DNA of 64,000 nucleotides from a virus (Duplodnaviria; Caudoviricetes): IMG/VR virus record IMGVR_UViG_2891339218_000001, positions 1 to 64,000 of that record; one strand, 5' to 3'. Shown piece by piece: positions 57,065 to 64,000 of this stretch (position 1 is its first letter; each line of letters starts with the position of its first letter). The notes under the pieces were generated by a model. It saw only the letters and a program-made list of their open reading frames with translations, ran no database searches and was not told where the DNA came from. The position numbers and the translations under genes were made by a program.

Positions 57065-57472
57065 CTATCGGCCCATTTCCGAGAACGGTCGCGCCAGCGC
57101 TTCGCGATGCGCAGCCGCCTCAAAAGCGGCAATCTTTTCATCCAGCGAAGCCAGACGGGCGGTAAGTTCTCGTTGCTCACGGTGAGCCTCCTCGACGAGG
57201 GCCGCCCTCAAGGCGTCCATTTCTTCGCTATCGATGCGGCGCGCATTGCCCTCCCAGATCGAACGGGCGCGGCGCTGCGTGAAGTCTTTGGTGACGCGTG
57301 GCGAAATGAACCGCACAGCGTGATAGAAAATGTTGTCGAGCTTGCCGTAACGATGGATCGGCCAAGCGTCTCTCATCAAATCTCTGGCTGCTATGCTCGG
57401 GCTCATTCCCTTGTTCCTGCTTGCCTTTCGCTTGGGGCGTCGCCCCAAATTCTTGTGTTCAAATCCCGACAC
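57065..57472 (-). CDS. Phage regulatory protein (CII position)
   Basis: RRARSIW.G.ARRID.EEM plus coiled coil; start uncertain. Confidence 0.55.
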   Translation of the reverse strand: MSGFEHKNLGRRPKRKASRNKGMSPSIAARDLMRDAWPIHRYGKLDNIFYHAVRFISPRVTKDFTQRRARSIWEGNARRIDSEEMDALRAALVEEAHREQRELTARLASLDEKIAAFEAAAHREALARPFSEMGR

Positions 57473-57961
57473 CTTGTCGTGCTCCCGTGCGATTGTTCTC
57501 GTGTCGAAGGAGAACTGTCATGGACAGGATCACTACTGAGAAACGAGATGGCTCCGATGAGCTTGCCGGCTCTTGTGAAGCCATCTCGTCCGGTCCGCCT
57601 GGGCCGAACCGTCTAATTCCATTCCCGGTGGCCGCCGCAGCCAAAGGCCGGGATACTGAGGGCGCCGGGGTATCCTCGGCTTCGGCGTCCTCGTTCGTTC
57701 CGTTGGGAGATGCCGTGCACGCAGTCGTTCTGCGGCTTCGAGGCGATTTCCCAAGGATAAGGGTGAGCGGGCAGCTTGGAGGAGGAAGCCGCCCGCTCGA
57801 TGATCAGCAGGAGGGGGACCGCTGACCAAATTTCGAAACCTGATCGCCTTCCGGCGCGCCTGAGGATTCGCCGCGTCCGTCGTCACGGTCGGCCAAGGCG
57901 TATGCCAGAGCCGTCGCGCCGCAGAGGATCGTGAAGCCGATGATGCCGTAGATGAGCCAGC

Positions 57962-58315
57962 TCATGCGTCCACCTCTACCGGCTTCCCGGTCTTATTCAG
58001 GAGGCTGCGGAGGATGGACATGCCAAGGTCAGTGCCGCGCTCGACGGCAGGCCGGAAGCGCCACGCCGAAAAGCCTGGCTCGAACTTGAAGCCGTGCGCA
58101 GCGACAAAGTGGGAGTTGTCCAACTCAACCAGCAGAAGACATATCTCGCCAGAAATCGTCGTGGTCCTGACATCACGGACGGTGTAGACGCACCCCTTTA
58201 CCGGATACTTCGCGCCAAGACGGGTTGCGCGTGCTTTGGGCACGATTCCATCCCCGACACGAACGCTGTCGTCCACGAGAACGACCTTCTGCCCAATACG
58301 GAAATTGCACGTCAT
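57962..58315 (-). CDS. Hypothetical protein
   Basis: F.IGQKVV.V...G.VYTVR...F.A.RFRP phage pattern. Confidence 0.6.
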   Translation of the reverse strand: MTCNFRIGQKVVLVDDSVRVGDGIVPKARATRLGAKYPVKGCVYTVRDVRTTTISGEICLLLVELDNSHFVAAHGFKFEPGFSAWRFRPAVERGTDLGMSILRSLLNKTGKPVEVDA

Positions 58316-58442
58316 GCTGCCTTCCTCCTCGGACGGGATTGATGGGAACGGACGAATGGAAGCGCGCCGGGAGTTGCCTCAACCGCGAACTGGGCTTCCT
58401 GATCGACCGGATAGGTGTGTTCTGTCTCAGGACCGCGCGCCG

Positions 58443-59678
58443 TCATTCCGCAGCCTCCAGAGCTTCCGCCAGCCCGAAGGCGGTCATGATGTCGTCGGCA
58501 CGGTCGGGCATCGCCTTGGCCAGATCGGCGGCGATCTTCTTTTCCTGTGCCGTGGTGAAATTGCGTGCGGCGCGCTGCCACTCGATCAGGTCGAGGAGCA
58601 CGTCCGCCCCGGTGTATTCTTGAACGGGGTAGGAGAAGCCGTACTTGCGGGCGATGGTGTACCGGTTCCAGCCGTCTATGATCACGTCACCCTGGCGGAT
58701 GATCGGCTCGCGCACGCGGTTGACGGCGATGTCCTTCTCAAGGCGGTCGTATTCGGCCTTGGACAGTTCCGGGAAGCAGCTCGCGAACGGCAGGCGCTTC
58801 ACTCCGGACTGCGGCACGTATTCCATGACGACGCCGGCTGCGGGGAGAGCGGTATTGGCGGTGCCCTCCCCTGTAGAAAGAACCGTGTTGTTTTGGTCTG
58901 CGCGCTCCGCGCCGCCATCTACATCGTCGCCTCCTGCGTTGGCGGCGGCGCGATCTCGTTCTGCTGCCGCCTCGCGGTCAGTCTCGCGCTCGTCGCTGGT
59001 TGGTGCCGTCGCTTCGCCTTGAGTGGCGACGGTGGCTTTCTCGGAATGGGAATTGGTGGCTTGCCCCGATTGGGCGTTGCAGTATGCCGACGTTTCGTCG
59101 GACCGGCCTGGAGTACGCTGATCCGCATCCATTTTTTCGCCGCCAGCATCGGGACTTGGTATGCTCGGTTCGCCACCGGAAACCGCCAAGGCTGCGGGCC
59201 GGCTGTTATTGGACACGACGCTTTCTTCCGCCTCGCGCGTCGTCAGCGAGGGTGTGGAGGCGGGAGACGCGCCCTCCGAAGCTTCTTCCGCCGTTACCGG
59301 CGCTGTTCTGATGTCTTCGTGCTTGGTGAGGATGGAAAGGCCACCGTCGGAGCGGCGAGCAGCTGCGTAGCCGTTGCCCTCACGTGCACGTGCGCGTGTG
59401 AGGAGCGAAACGTAGTCGTCGATGCGCTCGCCTTTTTCCTCGCGCTTCTCCTTCGCCTTTTCGTCAAGGCGCATCTCGCCAATAGCACCCTTGAGCGCGG
59501 CGACTTCGGCGGACACATGCTTGCCGTCCCACCCAAGACCGCGCAGTTCTTCGCGCAGATCGGCGTAAATCTGTTTCAGGTCATCGGCCGCCTGCTGGCG
59601 CATGTCCTCGGCCTCGTTGATGAGGCGGGCAACGCGAGCAGCCATGTCGTCGGGGATAGTCTGAGGATCGCCGATCAT
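58443..59678 (-). CDS. GapR/DUF2312-like N-terminus, disordered linker, ParB-like C-terminal domain
   Basis: ADDLKQIYA...G.D...ID.Y..L; FP.LS..EY..L..DI...EPI.....IIDG.NR. Confidence 0.6.
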   Translation of the reverse strand: MIGDPQTIPDDMAARVARLINEAEDMRQQAADDLKQIYADLREELRGLGWDGKHVSAEVAALKGAIGEMRLDEKAKEKREEKGERIDDYVSLLTRARAREGNGYAAARRSDGGLSILTKHEDIRTAPVTAEEASEGASPASTPSLTTREAEESVVSNNSRPAALAVSGGEPSIPSPDAGGEKMDADQRTPGRSDETSAYCNAQSGQATNSHSEKATVATQGEATAPTSDERETDREAAAERDRAAANAGGDDVDGGAERADQNNTVLSTGEGTANTALPAAGVVMEYVPQSGVKRLPFASCFPELSKAEYDRLEKDIAVNRVREPIIRQGDVIIDGWNRYTIARKYGFSYPVQEYTGADVLLDLIEWQRAARNFTTAQEKKIAADLAKAMPDRADDIMTAFGLAEALEAAE

Positions 59679-59896
59679 GCCGCGGCTCCCGAGGCAGCGA
59701 CCAGACCGGCCAGATCGGGCCGAAGCTCATGAGGCGGGATGCCTGTTGCCTCAGAAACAGCTTGAAGGTTCTCAGCGGGAATGCGCCGTTTACCAGTCTC
59801 ATATCGAGACCATTGGACGCCGCTAACGCCGACGAGTTCTCCGGCCTCTTCGATGCTGAGTTTGCGCGCCTTGCGCCATGTCCTGATCTTTTCCAT
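59675..59896 (-). CDS. Cro-like XRE HTH protein
   Basis: EEAGELVGVS...WSRYETG, ELRPDL; divergent from the repressor. Confidence 0.85.
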   Translation of the reverse strand: MEKIRTWRKARKLSIEEAGELVGVSGVQWSRYETGKRRIPAENLQAVSEATGIPPHELRPDLAGLVAASGAAA

Positions 59897-59903
59897 GACG
59901 CGA

Positions 59904-59998
59904 AATTACCATATTGGCAATTTCAGTCAATCAGGAAAATTACCAATTTGGCTATTCGTGGCCACAAGCCTCAAAAGTAGATTGCCACAATGGCAAGC
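59904..59998. promoter_or_regulatory. Three palindromic operators (OR-like) and the cro promoter
   Basis: AATTACCA-TAT-TGGCAATT (59904), AATTACCA-ATT-TGGCTATT (59938), GATTGCCA-CAA-TGGCAAGC (59980); minus-strand TTGACT at 59925-59930. Confidence 0.8.
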
Positions 59999-60337
59999 AC
60001 GAAGACGGCAACAGAGCCAAAAGGCATATTCATCAGAGAGTTGATGGAAGCCAGAGGGCTGAAAAACAAGGATATCGCAGAGGCGATTGGTACGAGCGAC
60101 GTCAATGTCTCGCGCCTTCTAAGTGGGCAGCGCGGCCTTGATCTCGATTGGCTGCACGCGTTTGCGCGCGCGCTTGATGTGCCAATCTGGGAGCTTTTCC
60201 AGCCCCCAGGGCGCAACGGTAGAGTATCGGGAGAGACCGAAGTTAAATCCCTGCTGAAAAGAATCGACGGGTTACCTGATGAGGCGATCAACCACGTTTG
60301 GCGGCTAATTGACGGTTACGTTTCAGACGCCGAGTGA
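59990..60337 (+). CDS. CI-like XRE repressor without an S24 peptidase domain
   Basis: KDIAEAIGTS...VSRLLSG HTH; only 115 aa. Confidence 0.85.
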   Translation: MASTKTATEPKGIFIRELMEARGLKNKDIAEAIGTSDVNVSRLLSGQRGLDLDWLHAFARALDVPIWELFQPPGRNGRVSGETEVKSLLKRIDGLPDEAINHVWRLIDGYVSDAE

Positions 60338-60545
60338 TGTGGACAAAAGGATCGTTGTGATCAATCTGAACCCGCCACTCCCCGCCATGTAGAATTGCCA
60401 TCGCAATAGAGATTTCAGCGGCTTTGCGTTTGATGACGGTCTCCATCTCCTCCTCAGTCTTTACACCGCTGCCGTAGAGCAGGTCGGCAACGGTCTCCTC
60501 AGCCTTGTTGGCATACTTCCGCCTGATCTGGTGGATAATCGCCAT
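60288..60545 (-). CDS. Small hypothetical protein in a LexA-box operon
   Basis: GGAGG RBS; convergent on the repressor. Confidence 0.6.
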   Translation of the reverse strand: MAIIHQIRRKYANKAEETVADLLYGSGVKTEEEMETVIKRKAAEISIAMAILHGGEWRVQIDHNDPFVHITRRLKRNRQLAAKRG

Positions 60546-60559
60546 GACGCGTTACCCTC

Positions 60560-60814
60560 CTAGATCGGCTGCATGTTGCTGACTTCCTCGGGTTTTTCGT
60601 CGCCGTGGAAATAGATCAGCTTCGGCTCACCGAAGTCGCCGCTTTCAGGGTCACCTTCCATCACGGTCGCGAAGACCATGGGCTTCTGTAGCGCCAGGCG
60701 CTCGGCCATTCGCCTCGCGTGCATCACGCTCGTTGCCTGCACCGGGATATCGGGCTTCATGCCGCGCTTGGCTGGGGAGAAGGATTGAACCACGAAAAAC
60801 TCTGCCATGTTCAT
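60560..60814 (-). CDS. Small hypothetical protein in a LexA-box operon
   Basis: AAGGAG RBS; FVVQSF...A.R.AERLA...GDP..GDF.EP. Confidence 0.65.
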   Translation of the reverse strand: MNMAEFFVVQSFSPAKRGMKPDIPVQATSVMHARRMAERLALQKPMVFATVMEGDPESGDFGEPKLIYFHGDEKPEEVSNMQPI

Positions 60815-60858
60815 GCTCCTTGGGATTTTGGGATGCCCTTAGCATGACTCGAAAACGA

Positions 60859-60873
60859 GAACGCAACAAGAAC
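60859..60873. promoter_or_regulatory. Alphaproteobacterial LexA box
   Basis: GAAC-GCAACAA-GAAC. Confidence 0.7.
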
Positions 60874-61000
60874 AAAGTTAGGAAAATAGTCATACTCGTT
60901 AACAGCTACCAGATGTAGCGATTGCACGTAATGAGAGTCGCTTTTTCTTGTGCTCCGGCGGAATCTCGCTATCGTGAAATTGGCTCTGAGGGGGATGGAG

Positions 61001-61204
61001 ATGGCCGAAAAGCCGAAATCGAACAACCGCTATGCGATGCGCGAGGACGGCACTGGATGGTGGGCCGTCTATGACATCTTCACAGGCATGACGGCCGAGG
61101 TGAACGGCGTGCCGCAGGACGGGTTGGACATCGAGCAGGCCGACGATCTCGTGGACCTTCTGAACGCTGAGTACATCGCTAGACGTAAGGGGACGACGCA
61201 TTAA
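61001..61204 (+). CDS. Small hypothetical protein
   Basis: GGAG/GAGG RBS; W.VYDIFTG..AEV...ADDLVDLLN. Confidence 0.6.
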   Translation: MAEKPKSNNRYAMREDGTGWWAVYDIFTGMTAEVNGVPQDGLDIEQADDLVDLLNAEYIARRKGTTH

Positions 61205-61450
61205 GCGGCCGCCACACGGCGATGAATAGGAAAACTTGAGCCACTATCGCGGTAGACTTGGCGATAGATGCAATTTTAGCTATATTGAGAGAGATCTTAA
61301 ACGAAAAGCCGCCCCCGGCCAAGGAAAGCGGCTTTCGCGAATGATCAGCAACTTGGCTAGAACACTCTGCACACCCCTAAAATAGTGTTTTTGGGGAAGA
61401 TTTCTAGCCTTGTTGGGCATCACCTCAACCAATTGAAAAGGCTAGATAAT

Positions 61451-62365
61451 ATGACAAATACAAGCAGTTTAGCGATCACCCCCACCCAGCTTACATTTGA
61501 CCTTGAAATCGTCGTTGAAGCTGAAATCGATGGCGTCGGGATGGGCGTACTCGGGGACGGGACACCATTCCTCACCCTCCGCGGCCTATCTCGGATGTGT
61601 GGCGTCGCTATTTCAACTCTCGTCAAGCTTACAGACGAGTGGGGACAAATTCCAACAAAGGGACGCGAGCAGAAAATTCGCGACCTGATTAAGGCTCAAG
61701 GTTTTGATGACACCGTCTTCTTTCATGCGGTGAAAAAGAACGGCACGATCCATCACGCTGTTCCAGCCCACGTTTGCATGGCAACTCTCGAATATTATGC
61801 CTTCGAGGTTTCTGGGAATGATCACGCGATAAATAGTTACCGCACTCTCGCTAAGAAGGGCTTTACGGACTTTGTCTATGCCCAGGTGGGATACAATCCA
61901 GACGGCAAGGTAAGTCTGGCATGGCAGCAGTTTCACGATCGCGTAAGCCTGGTCGCGAATGCTGTCCCGACCGGATACTTCAGCATCTATCAAGAGATCG
62001 CCGGCATGATTGTTCCGATGATCAATGCCGGGATCGATGTCGGCCCGCACATCGTGCCAGATATCAGCGTGGGGCAGCGCTGGGCCAAGCACTGGAAGGG
62101 TGAAAGCCTAGAGGTCGTGTACGGAGAGCGTAAGCAGTATTTGCACGAATATCCCGTCTACTTCCCTCAGGCGCTCTCAAACCCTCAGACGCCGTATTGC
62201 TACCCGGACGAAGCACTAGGCGAATTCCGCAAATGGTTCCGTAAAACCTACCTAGGGGATCACCTGCAGGATTATCTTCAGAGCCAGGCAAAGCTCGGGA
62301 AAATCAAACCGGCAATCGCAACGAAAGCGATTGAGGCATTCAAGCCGAAGGCTATCGCGAAGTAG
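61451..62365 (+). CDS. bstA: BstA-family abortive infection protein
   Basis: G..MGVL..G.PFLT.RGL, P..VCMA.LEYYAFE, HDRVSL, PD.SVG..WA.HW, Q..SNPQ, YPD.AL.EFR.WF, recognised from Salmonella BTP1 BstA; lies downstream of cI. Confidence 0.85.
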   Translation: MTNTSSLAITPTQLTFDLEIVVEAEIDGVGMGVLGDGTPFLTLRGLSRMCGVAISTLVKLTDEWGQIPTKGREQKIRDLIKAQGFDDTVFFHAVKKNGTIHHAVPAHVCMATLEYYAFEVSGNDHAINSYRTLAKKGFTDFVYAQVGYNPDGKVSLAWQQFHDRVSLVANAVPTGYFSIYQEIAGMIVPMINAGIDVGPHIVPDISVGQRWAKHWKGESLEVVYGERKQYLHEYPVYFPQALSNPQTPYCYPDEALGEFRKWFRKTYLGDHLQDYLQSQAKLGKIKPAIATKAIEAFKPKAIAK

Positions 62366-62389
62366 GCTTCGCCCGGAGAAACATCATCG

Positions 62390-62416
62390 AGCCCGCCCTC
62401 ACCGGCGGGCTTTTTC
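62390..62416 (+). terminator. Intrinsic terminator after bstA
   Basis: AGCCCGCC-CTCACC-GGCGGGCT followed by a T run. Confidence 0.75.
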
Positions 62417-62500
62417 GTTCCCACTCCCTTCGCCCGGCCGGTTCGTCCTGCCGGGTTTTTCGTGTGGTGATTCTAGCAGGTTTGGTGGCGGCGGCAAGAA

Positions 62501-62553
62501 AATTACCAAATCGGCAATTTCCCTATTGACCATTACTTACCATTTCGGTAATT
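62501..62553 (+). promoter_or_regulatory. Two operators (OL-like) and an early promoter
   Basis: AATTACCA-AAT-CGGCAATT (62501), ACTTACCA-TTT-CGGTAATT (62535); TTGACC at 62526. Confidence 0.8.
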
Positions 62554-62598
62554 TCTTCTCATCACCCCGACACACCGGGAATATGAGGAGCGCCCCAC

Positions 62599-62949
62599 AT
62601 GGCACACGAAGCCGACCGCACCGCAGACGCGATCCGCATGAACCTGAGCGATCTGGACGCTGTCATCACGAAGGTCCGCCATCTTCACCGGATCGGCAAG
62701 GAAGCCCCGAAGGCTTCGGCCCGCTACCTCGAATACGTCCGCAACATCCACGAGATGAGCGAGCGCGCTGTATCGGTCGGCGGCAAGGGCCCGCTGTTCG
62801 ACAACAAGCACCAGCCCATTCCCTTCTGCGGCCAGTTGGTCGGCTTCACTGCCGAGCAGATGCAAAAGCTCCGCTGGAAGGGCGTCTTCGACGACATGCC
62901 GGCCCGCGCAGCCGTCGAACCTTTCCCCTTCCTCGAAGCTGCGGAGTGA
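62599..62949 (+). CDS. Early-operon hypothetical protein
   Basis: GAGGAG RBS downstream of the OL promoter. Confidence 0.6.
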   Translation: MAHEADRTADAIRMNLSDLDAVITKVRHLHRIGKEAPKASARYLEYVRNIHEMSERAVSVGGKGPLFDNKHQPIPFCGQLVGFTAEQMQKLRWKGVFDDMPARAAVEPFPFLEAAE

Positions 62950-62953
62950 TCCC

Positions 62954-63202
62954 ATGGCCGAGCGTATGACCAGCATCCGCCTTCCCGGCTCCAAGCACGT
63001 CGGCTTGGCTGATTGGGGCCGAAAGTCCCGCGAGGAGATGATCAAGATGATCCGCGATCACGCTGCGGATCAGAGGTCCATGGCCGACGCCATCCTTGCC
63101 GCGTCCGACGATGATTTCCTCGTCGAGACCTACACGGGCGTCCACGTCCACCGTAACCGGGAGGTCATTCATCCGGCCTCTGCTCTGGAGGCTGCGGAAT
63201 GA
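62954..63202 (+). CDS. Early-operon hypothetical protein
   Basis: GGAG RBS; tight packing. Confidence 0.55.
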   Translation: MAERMTSIRLPGSKHVGLADWGRKSREEMIKMIRDHAADQRSMADAILAASDDDFLVETYTGVHVHRNREVIHPASALEAAE

Positions 63203-63615
63203 CGACCGTCGAGAAAAACTGTGCCGCATGCGGGGCACCGATCACGGTTCGTCTGGCCGACCACAAGCGCGGCTGGGGACGGTTTTGCGATAAGTCCTGT
63301 GCCGCTGGCTACAAGTGCGGCATGCGCCCCCGTGATGTGAACAAAGGGCACGCCAAGGAAAGCGTGTGGGCTGAGAAGGCATTCAGCGAGCGCGAAGCGG
63401 CTGGCGTCGATGAGTGGCCCAAAGTCCCGACCATCAAGGAGCAGCTTGGCCGCAAGGTCAAGGTTCGGCCGATCTACCACTCGCCGTCGAGCTGCCGGAA
63501 ATGCGGCAAGCGCGTAAACGGTCCCGGTCTTTGTTGGGAATGCGACGAAGCGGAAGAGGCACTCAATGCAATGGAAGCCGGTTGGGATGGGCACAAGACC
63601 GGGAGTGCCGCATGA
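63199..63615 (+). CDS. Early-operon Cys-rich zinc-finger protein
   Basis: CAAC, FCDKSC, CRKC, CWEC. Confidence 0.6.
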   Translation: MTTVEKNCAACGAPITVRLADHKRGWGRFCDKSCAAGYKCGMRPRDVNKGHAKESVWAEKAFSEREAAGVDEWPKVPTIKEQLGRKVKVRPIYHSPSSCRKCGKRVNGPGLCWECDEAEEALNAMEAGWDGHKTGSAA

Positions 63616-64000
63616 CCCGCTGCGACCTCCACACCCACGCCGAGTGTTCATGCATCGCCTCTGGCGTATCCTGCAGGGTTCAGTCGCCGGTCTACCTCAT
63701 CCTTGAGGAAGCAAACACCGGCGCGGCCAAGCACGGCAACGCCTGCCTGATCCTCCTCGCATTCATTGTTTTCGCAATCGTTATCGGAGCCGGCCTCACG
63801 GTCGGGCCGAGCGCAATCTAAGGAGCAACGCATGTCTCAGGATAACCCGTGGGCTTGGTGGCAGGCCGCGCTCGAAGGCAACGTCGGCCCGATGCACGAA
63901 GGCCTGCCCGAACAAGGCTACTACCGTACGCGCTTCAAGGGCGGCCAGTGGGAGCCGGTAGCGCTGTGGCGTGACGATGACGGATGCTGGCTGGCGCAGC

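Larger units (their letters stand above)
740..64000. mobile_element. Temperate siphovirus-like helper prophage (integrase and right end outside the window), interrupted by a satellite at 13881-32560
   Basis: Lambdoid gene order: immunity, replication, antiterminator, head, tail, lysis; left edge at the split tRNA. Confidence 0.9.

Noticed and set aside
54240-59732. Long plus-strand ORFs (385, 508 and 498 aa), and similarly 12724..13917 and 43395..44744
   Set aside because: Shadow ORFs opposite well-supported genes.

Overview
GC-rich alphaproteobacterial (Rhizobiales-like) DNA holding two nested phage-type elements. (1) A temperate siphovirus-like 'helper' prophage starts at a split tRNA-Leu(TAA) near 699-739 and runs off the right edge. 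From right to left it carries a cI/cro switch with a BstA-like Abi gene, replication and regulatory genes, a NusG-like antiterminator, a CAT-anticodon tRNA, terminase, a portal fused to an Acb1-like 2H domain, a DUF2184-type head, tail, tail tip, fibres, lysis genes and an SOS cassette. (2) An 18,670-bp satellite (13881-32560) is integrated inside the helper's central tail-tip gene. It is bounded by the direct repeat ACCGGTCGAA, and joining the two flanks restores one in-frame 1430-aa ORF. The satellite has its own integrase, a C4-type antisense RNA switch, AlpA/replication genes, a full HK97-type head and packaging set, and its own tail tube, chaperones, tape measure and distal-tail protein. 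It has no recognisable tail-tip, fibre or lysis genes. Its tape-measure C-terminus and distal-tail protein are its only clearly helper-like structural parts (distal tail about 64% identical by hand alignment). I infer a helper-embedded satellite that builds its own head and tail shaft and borrows only the helper's tail tip, the gene for which it interrupts until it excises. All family assignments come from motif recognition by eye; no database search was run.
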